Counted from the stretch's first letter, positions 1-9,594 are shown. The stretch is DNA of 64,000 nt from Candidatus Levybacteria bacterium RIFCSPHIGHO2_02_FULL_40_18 (GCA_001782235.1 MFOC01000007.1:13094-77093), one strand, 5' to 3'. Notes: generated from the sequence alone by a model not told the origin. Program-made: numbers and translations.

Positions 1-565
1 AAATTTCATGTTGCAAACTATATTTCTTCTTAGGCTGAAATGTCAAAGTAAACACCCCTGTCCCATCATCGAATTTTGCCTCAAAATAATCCTTAAATAA
101 TCCGTGGCTTTTGAGTAAAGTTTTCAGCTTTTCATCGTCATCAACAATTTCGTCTGATTTTTCATTTCTTAAGACAACTCTCCATGAGGGGTTTATCTTG
201 CCCGTTGATTCATCTACCTCAGGAAGGTCAATGCTTGGTACAAGTCCAAATCTCACAGCTAGAAGTACTCCCCCGTCTTCACCCAAACCGGGCATTATTC
301 CCGATAGGTACCCTTTATCTCTTCTTCTTTTGTCTACTCTTGAGGCTTCATTTTTGAGTTTATGTCCCGACAAACCCGCTAATGCTTGGGGGATTAATAT
401 ATCTTCATCTACGGAGCCGGCTGTCACAAGCATACGGAGAAAATCGCTTTCGCCAAAGAGTTTTCCACGCAGTTGAGCGCTCGCTCCTATCAAAGTGTAC
501 TCTATGGGAGCAAGGTCTTTATTATTTGTGAATTGAATTTCCGTTTCTCTTGATTCAACGGTCAT
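1..565 (-). CDS. Hypothetical protein, partial in this window: only the N-terminal ~188 aa lie here and the gene continues past the window start
   Basis: Uninterrupted reverse-strand reading frame from an ATG at 565-563 (MTVESRETEIQFTNNKDLAPIEY...) to the window edge. It starts 3 nt downstream of the Fic stop codon, suggesting an operon. The ORF track omits it because it has no stop codon in the window. No confident family match. Confidence 0.45.
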   Translation of the reverse strand, partial: MTVESRETEIQFTNNKDLAPIEYTLIGASAQLRGKLFGESDFLRMLVTAGSVDEDILIPQALAGLSGHKLKNEASRVDKRRRDKGYLSGIMPGLGEDGGVLLAVRFGLVPSIDLPEVDESTGKINPSWRVVLRNEKSDEIVDDDEKLKTLLKSHGLFKDYFEAKFDDGTGVFTLTFQPKKKYSLQHEI

Positions 566-567
566 AG

Positions 568-1629
568 CTAGTCCTTGGTCATGATGTATTTTACACCCTT
601 TGTTACCCCCTGCTTTTTGAGCAATCCTTTCTTCACCAAATCTTGGACTTCTCGTAAAACCGTGTCTTCTGAAACCATAGGAAATAATGTATCATATGCC
701 TTGTTCTCTATATAACCGTTAGCTTGAATATATTCGATTATTTTTAATTGCCTGTCAGAAAGCATTACGGGGCCGCCGAGTTTTTTCTTAAGCTTTGAAT
801 CAATAGAAATATTTTCAATGCGATCTTTTATTTTTGAGAGTTCTGCCGCGAGACACTCTGTAAAATAGGAAAGCCACTCTGTCTGGTCCCCGTTATTTTT
901 CTCAATCGACTGCAAAGCCTCATAATAGCGCTCAGGATCCCTATCAAAATGCTCTTCAAGAGAAAAGAATTGGCGAATGTCATAACCAAGTTTATAGAGT
1001 ACCAGCATTGAGAGAGCTCGGCCTACTCTACCATTTCCGTCTAAAAACGGGTGGATACGAACAAATTCGTAGTGGACAATCCCTCCCTTTAGAACTGGGT
1101 GGATTTCCATCTCGTCATTTATAAAAATGACAAGTTCCTTCATTTGCCACGGCACCTCAACTGCCCGCGGCGGCCGAAAAGCAACATCTCCGGTGATTGA
1201 GTTTCGAATTACTACCTCTTTATTCCTGTAATCACCGGCAGAGTCATTATCTAAAACATTTTTAACAACAATCCTATGAAGCTCGCGAATTGTATCTTCG
1301 TCTACTTTTATATCTGATATTCTGTCTATGTACTCCAAAACTTTTCTATAATTTATTACTTCTTGAACATCACGCTCACGCGCAACCACGCGCTCTCCAT
1401 CCAATATCTTTTGTACCTGAATAAGACTTAGTTCATTCCCTTCAATGTGTGTTCCATAGTGAGTTGTTCTGACAAGCGCCTCATCCTGAAATTTTTTCTC
1501 CCAATAAGGAACAAGAGGCGCGTTTTCTATAATCTGCTTTGCCGCTTCAATATCCCCAATGTTTTTTAAAATCCTATTATTTATTGAGAAGTTAGGAGTA
1601 TACATTAAGTCATATTCTACCACAGGCAC
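568..1629 (-). CDS. fic: Fic/DOC family protein (AMPylation / phosphocholination-type toxin-like enzyme)
   Basis: Canonical Fic active-site motif HPFLDGNGRVGR in the translated ORF. The listed start is GTG; an ATG at 1605 is an alternative start. C-terminal region looks winged-helix-like. Confidence 0.85.
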   Translation of the reverse strand: MPVVEYDLMYTPNFSINNRILKNIGDIEAAKQIIENAPLVPYWEKKFQDEALVRTTHYGTHIEGNELSLIQVQKILDGERVVARERDVQEVINYRKVLEYIDRISDIKVDEDTIRELHRIVVKNVLDNDSAGDYRNKEVVIRNSITGDVAFRPPRAVEVPWQMKELVIFINDEMEIHPVLKGGIVHYEFVRIHPFLDGNGRVGRALSMLVLYKLGYDIRQFFSLEEHFDRDPERYYEALQSIEKNNGDQTEWLSYFTECLAAELSKIKDRIENISIDSKLKKKLGGPVMLSDRQLKIIEYIQANGYIENKAYDTLFPMVSEDTVLREVQDLVKKGLLKKQGVTKGVKYIMTKD

Positions 1630-1706
1630 TATATTTGTGTTATTATCTGGGCAATCCTATTTTTATACTTGCTCTGAGCGGAGTCGAAGGGTTCGGAGGT
1701 ATTGAT
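1630..1706. promoter_or_regulatory. Divergent promoter region between fic (-) and recF (+)
   Basis: 77-bp AT-rich spacer between divergently oriented starts. A GGAGGT Shine-Dalgarno sits 7 nt upstream of the recF ATG at 1707. Confidence 0.4.
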
Positions 1707-2795
1707 ATGGTTTTAAAAAAACTTAAATTTATTAATTTCCGAAATCATCGTTTACGACAATTCGATTTTTCGCAAACCACAATAATCATTGGACCAAATA
1801 CGGTTGGCAAAACAAACATTCTTGAGGCAATATATATTTTGTCACGTGGAAAATCCTTCCGCGCAGAACATGACAAAGACACGATTCGTGAGGGGACAGA
1901 GTTTGCACAAATCGAGGCAGATATATTTTCTCACCCCCGAGGTGAAAAGAACCTCCACCTCGGGGGTGGACAAACAGAGGATCGAATAAAGCTTAAGGTT
2001 ATTTTTTCTCTTCAAAAAGGATACCTCTCGAAAAAATTCTTAGTTAATGGCGTAGCAAGAAGGCAATATGACTTTACCTCAAATTTTGTTTCGGTTCTCT
2101 TTACTCCCCATGATATCGAATTAATAACTTCCTCTCCTTCTTCCCGCCGCCGCTATATAGATTCGGTTTTGTACCAAGCGGATAAAAGATATCGGACCGC
2201 GCTTTCAACATATGAAAAAGCACTGAAGCGCCGAAACCGCATGCTATACGACATTAAAGAAGGAAGAAAGCAGTATAAAAGCTCTGATTTTGAGTACTTT
2301 AATAAAATATTGATCGAACAAGGATCGATGCTCGCATCAAAACGCGAAGAGCTCGTCAATTTTGTAAATGAATCGATCAAAAATATTTTTGACTTTACTC
2401 TTTTTTATGATAAGAGCGAGATGTCAGAAGCAAGACTTATGAAATATCATTTTGAAGAACAAAAAGCCGGAGTCACTCTAGTCGGCCCGCAGCGGGACGA
2501 CTTCAAATTTTATTTTCCTCGAACCGAAAAGCCCATCCAGGAATTCGGTTCCCGCGGAGAAGAAAGACTCACAATTTTCCAGCTTAAAGTTCTTGAAGTG
2601 AACTACCTGCTACGCGCCACCAGCCACACGCCCGTCTTACTTCTTGATGATATATTTTCCGAATTAGATGATACCAACATCCACAAGGTGTTCGATTTGT
2701 TGCCAGATCAGCAAACAATCCTCACAACCACCCACCGCGAATTCCTCCCCAAAAAAATCCTCAACAAACAGGACGTTTCGACGATTGAGCTCTAA
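1707..2795 (+). CDS. recF: DNA replication and repair protein RecF
   Basis: N-terminus MVLKKLKFINFRNH...IIIGPNTVGKTNILEAIY (Walker A) and an SMC-like signature region near the C-terminus. 362 aa is typical for RecF. Start moved to the ATG with a good SD rather than the longer upstream ORF (1635). Confidence 0.85.
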   Translation: MVLKKLKFINFRNHRLRQFDFSQTTIIIGPNTVGKTNILEAIYILSRGKSFRAEHDKDTIREGTEFAQIEADIFSHPRGEKNLHLGGGQTEDRIKLKVIFSLQKGYLSKKFLVNGVARRQYDFTSNFVSVLFTPHDIELITSSPSSRRRYIDSVLYQADKRYRTALSTYEKALKRRNRMLYDIKEGRKQYKSSDFEYFNKILIEQGSMLASKREELVNFVNESIKNIFDFTLFYDKSEMSEARLMKYHFEEQKAGVTLVGPQRDDFKFYFPRTEKPIQEFGSRGEERLTIFQLKVLEVNYLLRATSHTPVLLLDDIFSELDDTNIHKVFDLLPDQQTILTTTHREFLPKKILNKQDVSTIEL

Positions 2796-2807
2796 TTTGA
2801 TTTAGCC

Positions 2808-3668
2808 TTGAGTTTATTTTATAATCCCCCCATGCTCGAGCTAAGAAACCATCTCCCTGACTGGAGACTTCAGGTAGAATCATCATCTTTTATAACAGAG
2901 AGAAAAGGTGACGTTACAGAGGGGTCGCAAGCTACTGTATTTACGAGAACGGGTATAGACGTAGTAGTTAAGGTTCCTAAGCACCCTATATTTTTAGAGA
3001 ACTATATTTCTGCAGGAAGAGTCGTCCCGGCTTCAATAGTACCTTTTGAAGTAGTAGAAAATCTCAGTTTACGTGTAGACCATAGAGCCGCTAATTTCTC
3101 GAAAGCTATAGTACAAAAGAAAGTTGATATTGTTCACCCTCTGATTGTAGCCGCAGCCAGGAGTCGTGATGCCGCATTGGTTGAAAGATTAATTGTTGCA
3201 GCTACAGGGGCTGATCGTAAAATGTTTGGGGAAGGTGTATTTGTTTCTGACCCCGGTTTTTCAAACCAAGGGTTAGATAAAGATGGCAGTGTCAAATTCA
3301 CAGACGTAGGGAGTGCCCGAACCAAATTCCCCAACAATATGGATTACAGTAATGTAGCGTTGTGTCGGGCTTTAACTCACTACACGGCGTACTATATGAT
3401 TCGGAGTATATGCTGGGGTATGAAAACTTCATCAGGCATAAGCTTTAACGATTTATATGCTAAAGTGGTAGGGTTTGAGCCAAGAACAATCCCCAGTGCA
3501 TCGTCGACTCGAGAAATTCTGAGAAACAGGTTTGCACCCCAAGTCTCTTTAGCGCTAGCGAAAGCAGGAGATGAAGAATTTAAAAGATTTGCTTCAAACG
3601 GTGCGCCTTTTGATCTCTATACAGAGTTCTTACAAAATTTACCCAAATCACTTTTATGGAAACAGTAA
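2808..3668 (+). CDS. Hypothetical protein, possibly protein-kinase-like fold
   Basis: VVVKVPKHP (beta3 Lys-like), FVSDPGFSNQG and KFTDVGSA (DFG-like) are loosely reminiscent of RIO / Kdo / aminoglycoside-kinase-like proteins. Weak evidence. Confidence 0.3.
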   Translation: MSLFYNPPMLELRNHLPDWRLQVESSSFITERKGDVTEGSQATVFTRTGIDVVVKVPKHPIFLENYISAGRVVPASIVPFEVVENLSLRVDHRAANFSKAIVQKKVDIVHPLIVAAARSRDAALVERLIVAATGADRKMFGEGVFVSDPGFSNQGLDKDGSVKFTDVGSARTKFPNNMDYSNVALCRALTHYTAYYMIRSICWGMKTSSGISFNDLYAKVVGFEPRTIPSASSTREILRNRFAPQVSLALAKAGDEEFKRFASNGAPFDLYTEFLQNLPKSLLWKQ

Positions 3669-4565
3669 AAGATCTTTCATTACATGAGGTATTTCATTGG
3701 CGAGGTCTGAGGCATTGAAGTAGATTCCCATTTTCTTCTCTAAAGACTCGCCGGCTTTTTTGTTGATATATGAACCCGCACACGCCGATAAAAAGGAGTC
3801 GTTTTTGCAATAAAGCGCGGCAACCAAACCTGCCAGCACATCCCCCGTTCCGCCTTTGGTCATTCCGGGATTTCCGCCTGAAATTCGGTTGCACCGAATT
3901 TCACCCTGAGCGATGGTGAGCGAAGTCGAACCAGAGTCGAAGGGTCCACATACAACATCGTACTCACCCTTAAGTAAAATCACGCAATTATATTCTTTCG
4001 AAAACAGTTCAACTTGTTCTTCAATTTTTGATTTTTGAGTTGTAGTTTTGAGTTTTGAGTTTTGAGTTTTGAGTTTTAAAATCTCGAATTCTTTTCTATG
4101 TGGTGTTAATATTGGCACTGTTTTCAAACTTCGAAGAACTTCCGGATCTATGGTTTGAAGCGATCCCCCATCAACCACCCACTTCTTCTCGGGATGCGAA
4201 CGAAATAGCCTCTCGGTCATTTCTTTTGTGTCATCATCGCCTTCTTCTTGTCCCTCGGGGCGGGGTAAACCCGGTCCAATCAGAACACAATCCGCCTCTT
4301 TAATATAATTCTCGACTTTTGACCGGGGTACAACTATTCCATTTCTAAATTCTTTTTTTGCGCGTTTAACGATTTCATTATTGGTGGGAACAGATGAGTA
4401 AAAAACCATGTCGACAATTCTTGAAGCAACTGCCAGTGCCCAAAGTGATGCGGCATGAAAAAGCTGTGAACCGCCAACAATCAGAAGTTTTCCATTCTGC
4501 CCCTTATGCGAATCAGAAGCCGGCCTGTAGAGATTTTTAAGCAAACTCGAATCAAACTCCTGCAT
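3654..4565 (-). CDS. nnrD: ADP/ATP-dependent NAD(P)H-hydrate dehydratase (YjeF C-terminal / carbohydrate-kinase-like domain)
   Basis: HKGQNGKLLIVGGSQLFHAASLWA near the N-terminus and GGTGDVLAGLVAAL near the C-terminus, typical of Nnr. Carries an in-frame heptamer repeat insertion (KLKTQNSKLKTTTQKSK). Confidence 0.7.
   Translation of the reverse strand: MQEFDSSLLKNLYRPASDSHKGQNGKLLIVGGSQLFHAASLWALAVASRIVDMVFYSSVPTNNEIVKRAKKEFRNGIVVPRSKVENYIKEADCVLIGPGLPRPEGQEEGDDDTKEMTERLFRSHPEKKWVVDGGSLQTIDPEVLRSLKTVPILTPHRKEFEILKLKTQNSKLKTTTQKSKIEEQVELFSKEYNCVILLKGEYDVVCGPFDSGSTSLTIAQGEIRCNRISGGNPGMTKGGTGDVLAGLVAALYCKNDSFLSACAGSYINKKAGESLEKKMGIYFNASDLANEIPHVMKDLLLFP
4025..4078. repeat. Tandem heptamer repeat (TTTTGAG/TCAAAAC family) lying in frame inside nnr
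   Basis: tttttgagttgtagttttgagttttgagttttgagttttgagtttt, read directly from the sequence. Confidence 0.8.
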
Positions 4566-4611
4566 AATGGGATTATATCAAGTCAGTGGTTAGTTGTCAG
4601 TTGTTAGTGGT

Positions 4612-5313
4612 CTATCCTTCAATTACTGTTCCTACAAATTCTCGGCCCGCAAAATAGTGCTCAAGATTTTCAAAATTATCTCCCTTAAGAATTACAACCA
4701 TCAGTCCCAGTTCCTGCGCTTTCTTTGAAGCAATGGGGTCAAATGGTAAATTCATGCCCGGTACCCATTTATCGCCTACAATTTTCCGAAACTTGTCCCA
4801 TGTAATTTTTTTAATTGGGCGGGCATCAGGATTATGTCTAGGATCGCTGTCATAAACCATATCGATATTACTCAAATTAATAACCGTTTTTACATTGTAA
4901 TCTTCACATATCATTGCAGAACAAAAATCTGTTGACCATCCGGGTTTCCATCCTGATGCAACAACAACAGACTCGGTAACCTTTCTTATAATTTCATAAT
5001 GCTTAAGAATGTATGGATGAGCAAGATCACGAAAAATAGTTCTGACAAGATGAGCGTTGAGTCGTGTTGCATGGATCCCTAGCCAATCAAGATCTTCGGG
5101 AACTAACTCGTGACCTGTTACATTTTGCGCGGCGTCCTGATAATGTCTTGTGGTGGCACCTCCCCCTGTCACAATAAAAAACTGGCGCCCATGATTGTGC
5201 GCCAGTTGTTTTCTGATAAAGTCGTTAAACTTCTTAAGAAATGTAACATCAATTCCCCCATTTGGAACAATAAGTGACCCTCCAAGAGAAATAACAACCT
5301 TATCTTTCTTCAT
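4612..5313 (-). CDS. pyrH: Uridylate (UMP) kinase-like, amino-acid kinase family
   Basis: MKKDKVVISLGGSLI and FFIVTGGGATTRHY glycine-rich motifs of the amino-acid kinase fold. At ~233 aa it resembles archaeal-type UMP kinase; isopentenyl phosphate kinase is not excluded. Confidence 0.55.
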   Translation of the reverse strand: MKKDKVVISLGGSLIVPNGGIDVTFLKKFNDFIRKQLAHNHGRQFFIVTGGGATTRHYQDAAQNVTGHELVPEDLDWLGIHATRLNAHLVRTIFRDLAHPYILKHYEIIRKVTESVVVASGWKPGWSTDFCSAMICEDYNVKTVINLSNIDMVYDSDPRHNPDARPIKKITWDKFRKIVGDKWVPGMNLPFDPIASKKAQELGLMVVILKGDNFENLEHYFAGREFVGTVIEG

Positions 5314-5428
5314 TAAAAAGGCCCCGCCTGGAGCCTACTTTACCCCACCATCGGCGGGGAAAGTGATTACACCATAAAATATCAAAAACTGTTGACAAAT
5401 GCAAGGGCATTCGACTAATATATAGTCC

Positions 5429-6205
5429 ATGCCAAAAGCCAAATCCCCCCTGCCGGGCCGGAGGCCCTCAGGGCCGGAGGCCTTAACGCTTGGGGATCTT
5501 CTGAAAAAGGTCACTCAAATAAAGGCAAATCAATTACTTTATATTGTTCTTCTAAATGCGGCGTTTCTTCTTGGGTATCTAACAGCTCGGGTTCAATTAC
5601 TTGAGAAAAATCAAGCCACAACTACTCCAAGTTCTCAAACGGCCGGGACTGCTCCTCCTGACAAGGTAGAGGTAAAAGAAGGAAAACTTCCTGTCGTTGG
5701 GCAAACCAACGCTCGCGTAACCATGATCGAATTTTCAGACTTTGAATGTCCTTTCTGTAAAAGATATTTTGACGAAACACTCTCTCAAATTAAAAAGGAC
5801 TACGTTGACACCGGAAAAGTGAAGCTTTACTATAGGCATTTCCCTCTTGACTTTCACCTTGCGGCGCTACCTTCTGCCCTCGCATCAGAATGTGCTAATG
5901 AGCAGGGAAAATTCTGGGAATATCATGATAAAATTTTCACCGAGCAGGATAAAATTTCAGGCAAAACCGCTGATGTAATCACTACACAGCTTAAAACTTG
6001 GGCAGAGGAGCAAGGACTGAACACCCAACAATTCAACAGCTGTCTTGATACGCAAAAGTATAAATCAAATGTAGATGCCGACTTAAATGATGGAAGAACT
6101 GCGGGAGTCTCAGGAACTCCAACCTTCTTTATAAACGGCAATAGATTAGTTGGCGCCCAACCCTACGCCTCCTTCAAAACCCTAATCGACGAAGAACTCA
6201 AATAG
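5429..6205 (+). CDS. DsbA-family thiol:disulfide oxidoreductase, membrane-anchored
   Basis: N-terminal TM helix followed by a thioredoxin-fold CPFC active site (FECPFCKRYF). The 5' coding region contains a GC-rich direct repeat, GGCCGGAGGCC twice. Confidence 0.75.
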   Translation: MPKAKSPLPGRRPSGPEALTLGDLLKKVTQIKANQLLYIVLLNAAFLLGYLTARVQLLEKNQATTTPSSQTAGTAPPDKVEVKEGKLPVVGQTNARVTMIEFSDFECPFCKRYFDETLSQIKKDYVDTGKVKLYYRHFPLDFHLAALPSALASECANEQGKFWEYHDKIFTEQDKISGKTADVITTQLKTWAEEQGLNTQQFNSCLDTQKYKSNVDADLNDGRTAGVSGTPTFFINGNRLVGAQPYASFKTLIDEELK

Positions 6206-6294
6206 TAGGGCATCAAGGGTACCAAGTGTACCACGGGTACCACAAGCGATTTCCCCCGTGATACTTTTGATACATGTGATACTCGTGATACTCT

Positions 6295-7161
6295 TTATTG
6301 TTGACAATTTGGGCAAAAGTAGGTTCCGCGGCCCCCGATTCGTATAAATTTAATTGTCGAACCGCAGTTGGGGCATTTTTGACCGCGTTTTCCATAAACT
6401 AATGTGTGGTTTTGGTATTCTCCTTCCTGACCCAAAATATTAACGAACGAAAGTTCGGATGCGCCCCTACTCGCGAGGCCTTTTTTGAGTACGAACAAAA
6501 TAGAATCATAAAGTTTCTTAAGCTCTTCTTCCGAAAGGCTTTTCCCCGTCTTTCGGGGATCAATTCCTGCGCGAAATAACGCATCGTTTGCGTAAATATT
6601 CCCGATCCCTCCCATATTTGTCTGGTCCATTAAAAGCGGCTTAATCTTTGTAACCTTTTTCCCAACTACGAATTTAAATCGTGCAAAAGTTAAATCTTTG
6701 AAGGGCTCGGGCCCCATATCCCGAAAAAAGGGAAGCTTCGAAACCTTATCCGATTTAATAACCTTAATCCAGCCGAATCGCCGTTGGTCGTTGTAGTACA
6801 AGTAGGCTGTTGGCTTTTGGCTGTTGGCAGTTAGCTTGGATAGTTTGAATATAACGTGTGTAAATTTATTCGGAAGATCACCCCCAACTTTTGCAGAGAG
6901 CGAAACATTTTTGGTCTTTTCGTCTCTGTAAATAAGCTGACCCGTTAATTTTATATGTATAGCCAAACAATAACCGTTCGATAATTCTAAAATTAATCCC
7001 TTCCCTACTCTTCGAGCATCTTTAACAGTCGAACCGATTACTTTTTCTTTTTCTCCCTGAAAAACCTTTGGGTGTAATATCTCGACATCTAAAATCTTAT
7101 GCCCCAAAACATATTTAATTAAACCAAGTCGAAGCGTTTCAACTTCGGGCAATTCAGGCAT
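6295..7161 (-). CDS. mutM: Formamidopyrimidine-DNA glycosylase (Fpg/MutM)
   Basis: N-terminal MPELPEVE (catalytic Pro2/Glu3) and a C-terminal zinc finger CPNCGSTIKFIRIGGRGTYFCPNCQ. Contains an in-frame GCTGTTGGC-family repeat (…LTANSQKPTAYLYY…). Confidence 0.85.
   Translation of the reverse strand: MPELPEVETLRLGLIKYVLGHKILDVEILHPKVFQGEKEKVIGSTVKDARRVGKGLILELSNGYCLAIHIKLTGQLIYRDEKTKNVSLSAKVGGDLPNKFTHVIFKLSKLTANSQKPTAYLYYNDQRRFGWIKVIKSDKVSKLPFFRDMGPEPFKDLTFARFKFVVGKKVTKIKPLLMDQTNMGGIGNIYANDALFRAGIDPRKTGKSLSEEELKKLYDSILFVLKKGLASRGASELSFVNILGQEGEYQNHTLVYGKRGQKCPNCGSTIKFIRIGGRGTYFCPNCQQ
6806..6836. repeat. GCTGTTGGC-family tandem repeat lying in frame inside mutM
   Basis: gctgttggcttttggctgttggcagttagc; the same motif family occurs again at 51092-51126. 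Confidence 0.75.
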
Positions 7162-7285
7162 TTTATTTAAATCTCCTTCCCAATTTTAATGTTCTTGCCC
7201 CGTACAATCGCCCCTTCGACGCGAGGATGTAAACCTCGGGAGAAGGCAAGCTCTGTATGGGGTCTACTTCTGGTAATTCCGGCAT

Positions 7286-8293
7286 TTATTGAAAAGGTTG
7301 CGACTTTGCTTGTTCGATACTTCCGATGTTTGCCAGTTTTGCATCAGGATTAATCCTTTTAACCAAACCTGTTAAAACACTTCCATGGCCGAATTCACGG
7401 AATGCACTAATACCTCTTGCTTTCATATTGTTAACCACAGAAACCCAATCAACGGGTTTTGCAATTTCCCCTGGCAGAAAACGTGTTATATCCCTCCCCA
7501 TAGCAAGGGGCTGACCTGTAGAATTAAGGTAGACTGGAACCTTAGGGTCATTAATTTTTACCCTGTCAACAGATTTTGCAAAAAGCTCGACAGCAGGCTT
7601 CATCAACTCCGAGTGATGAAAAGCATCAGATGTAGAAAGAGATGTAACCCTGTGGCCCGCAAATTTAATCCCTGCTCCCGCACTCACTACATCTTCTAAC
7701 CTTCCACTTACAACAATTTGCATTGGCGAATTTAAGTTAACAAGCTCAACATTAAATTCAGAACAAATTTTTTCAAGACCACCAATGTCGATTGGTTCCC
7801 TGTTTGTAACTGCGGCCATTGCTCCAGGTTTACGCCCTTTTTTTGCGTCTCTTATCGCTTCACCGCGTTCACGCGCTAACCAGAGGGCCTCCATCCTACC
7901 AAGCGCCCCTGCTCTCCATAAAGCACCAACTATTCCTGCACTATGCCCTGAAACTGCAAAAGGGCTTTCAACTTCTTGTCCAAATTCTTCAAGTGCGGCA
8001 ACAGATGCCATACTTACAGCAAGTACTGCAGGCTGTGCATTTTCCGTCTCTGATAGCTGTGCAACTTCTTCTTCCGAACCGTTTAGAATCAAGTCACTAA
8101 AGACCCTAATGCCGGGAAAAATTGGCCCAAGAATTGCATCTATATGAGTAAGCACTCGTTCGGCCTTTGGGGAATTAAATAGGCCCCTTGCCGTACCAAC
8201 AAGCTCCCTTGGTACAAACCCTTGTCCTGGGAATACATCTGCAATTTTTAATGGGGCCGGCTCGCTCTCATGTCTTTCGATAACCTCACTCAT
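7286..8293 (-). CDS. fabD: Malonyl CoA-acyl carrier protein transacylase
   Basis: VFPGQG start and the GHSAGIVGALW active-site serine motif; ~335 aa. Confidence 0.8.
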   Translation of the reverse strand: MSEVIERHESEPAPLKIADVFPGQGFVPRELVGTARGLFNSPKAERVLTHIDAILGPIFPGIRVFSDLILNGSEEEVAQLSETENAQPAVLAVSMASVAALEEFGQEVESPFAVSGHSAGIVGALWRAGALGRMEALWLARERGEAIRDAKKGRKPGAMAAVTNREPIDIGGLEKICSEFNVELVNLNSPMQIVVSGRLEDVVSAGAGIKFAGHRVTSLSTSDAFHHSELMKPAVELFAKSVDRVKINDPKVPVYLNSTGQPLAMGRDITRFLPGEIAKPVDWVSVVNNMKARGISAFREFGHGSVLTGLVKRINPDAKLANIGSIEQAKSQPFQ

Positions 8294-8304
8294 TGCGGCC
8301 TATT

Positions 8305-9564
8305 TTACTTTAAGCCCTTAATAAAATCCAATATCTTTTTGTCAAACACATCACTTGAAAACTTTTGGGCCTGCTTGCGGCACGTCTCCGAGGAAATTTT
8401 TAATGACTCGAACTTTTTTATCGCATCGACCAGTGAATCTAAGGTGTATTCTCTAAAAAATAATCCGGTTTTTTCATCAATAACACTCTCTTTGTATCCC
8501 CCCCCATAATATGCAATGACTGGTGTTCCAGAGAGCATTGCTTCAACTGGCGTCATGCCAAAATCCTCATCCTCGGCAAGCGCTAAAAATGCTTTTGCAC
8601 CAGAATATAACTTTGCAAGTTCCTCATCCCTTACATGCCCCAAAAACTCTACGTTTTTTTCGGCTTTTTTTGAAAGAGATTTATATCCTGTGTAATACCC
8701 GGCAGGAAGTCCAACGATTTTTAGCTTGATTCCGAGTTTTGCCGCTGCCTCAACAGCCAAATCCAAACCCTTCGAACCGACAATTCGCCCCACTACTAAA
8801 TAGTAATCTCTTTTCACCCCCGAGGGGCGGACTGAAGCGCTAGCGAGGGAGCCCGCCTGCGAGCGGAGCGAGACAGGGGTGGAGAAAGCGGGGGTGGGCA
8901 ACGTCACTGGAGGATAAATTACCGTTGCATCTCGTCTGTAAAACTTTTGAATTCTTGCTTTTGTTTCCTCCGAATTAGCAATAAAGTAGTCCACTTTTTG
9001 TGCCATTTTAAAATCATAAAGCCGCAAGAAATGGCCAACAATCATTCCGTAAAGTTTAATTGGCCAATATCTTTGCCACTCAATTGAAGTCCGATAACCA
9101 TATAACCAGCGCGGCGGGGTGTGGCAGTAACATATCTCAATTGGCCCTTTCCCCCCCGAGGGGCGGACCGAAGCGTCAGCGAGGGAGCCCGCCTGCGAGC
9201 GGAGCGAGACAGGGGTGGAGAAAGCGGGGGTGGATTTGCGACTTCCGAAACCCTTAGTCACGTACCAAGATGCCGAACTTATGACCACGTCGTATTTTGA
9301 AAAATCGAAACTTGCCCAAATTAGTGGAGTTAGGAAACGCAAAGGGCTATGAAGCTTGTCGGCAAAAAAAGGAATGTAATGAACCCAAGAAGGAATAATT
9401 TTTGCACCTTTTAATCGCGCATAAGCGGTCGATCCTTCTTTGTAAAATGCCGTGTAAATAGGCGCATCGGGAAAAAGCTTGTGTAATTCCTCCACCACTC
9501 GCTCCGCCCCTCCGTATTCCTTTATATAATCATGGACTATAGCTACTTTGATGCTAGAACTCAT
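8305..9564 (-). CDS. Glycosyltransferase family 4 (retaining GT-B) carrying two in-frame GC-rich repeat insertions
   Basis: C-terminal EDFGMTPVEAMLSGTPVIA is an EX7E-like GT4 motif. The protein contains a duplicated segment TPAFSTPVSLRSQAGSLA(D/S)ASVRPSG, encoded by the two repeat copies. Confidence 0.75.
   Translation of the reverse strand: MSSSIKVAIVHDYIKEYGGAERVVEELHKLFPDAPIYTAFYKEGSTAYARLKGAKIIPSWVHYIPFFADKLHSPLRFLTPLIWASFDFSKYDVVISSASWYVTKGFGSRKSTPAFSTPVSLRSQAGSLADASVRPSGGKGPIEICYCHTPPRWLYGYRTSIEWQRYWPIKLYGMIVGHFLRLYDFKMAQKVDYFIANSEETKARIQKFYRRDATVIYPPVTLPTPAFSTPVSLRSQAGSLASASVRPSGVKRDYYLVVGRIVGSKGLDLAVEAAAKLGIKLKIVGLPAGYYTGYKSLSKKAEKNVEFLGHVRDEELAKLYSGAKAFLALAEDEDFGMTPVEAMLSGTPVIAYYGGGYKESVIDEKTGLFFREYTLDSLVDAIKKFESLKISSETCRKQAQKFSSDVFDKKILDFIKGLK
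8816..8898. repeat. ~83-bp GC-rich repeat element, copy 1, in frame inside the GT4 gene
   Basis: cccccgaggggcggactgaagcgctagcgagggagcccgcctgcgagcggagcgagacaggggtggagaaagcgggggtgg. About 70% GC in a ~40% GC background. Confidence 0.85.
9151..9232. repeat. ~83-bp GC-rich repeat element, copy 2, in frame inside the GT4 gene
   Basis: About 95% identical to copy 1 (cccccccgaggggcggaccgaagcgtcagcgagggagcccgcctgcgagcggagcgagacaggggtggagaaagcgggggtgg). Confidence 0.85.
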
Positions 9565-9594
9565 ATGTTATAACTCAGATCTACATGTTAGATC

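Noticed and set aside
111-476. 121-aa plus-strand ORF (Ser-rich, low complexity)
   Set aside because: It lies antisense to a continuous minus-strand reading frame that starts at 565 and has a far more protein-like composition. It is most likely a shadow ORF.
4025-4078. CRISPR array
   Set aside because: All repeat clusters in the window are short (7-14 bp units) and directly abutting, with no spacers, and no cas genes are present. They are microsatellite-like, not CRISPR.
7326-8147. Plus-strand ORFs of 62-120 aa inside fabD
   Set aside because: Antisense to a well-supported conserved gene.
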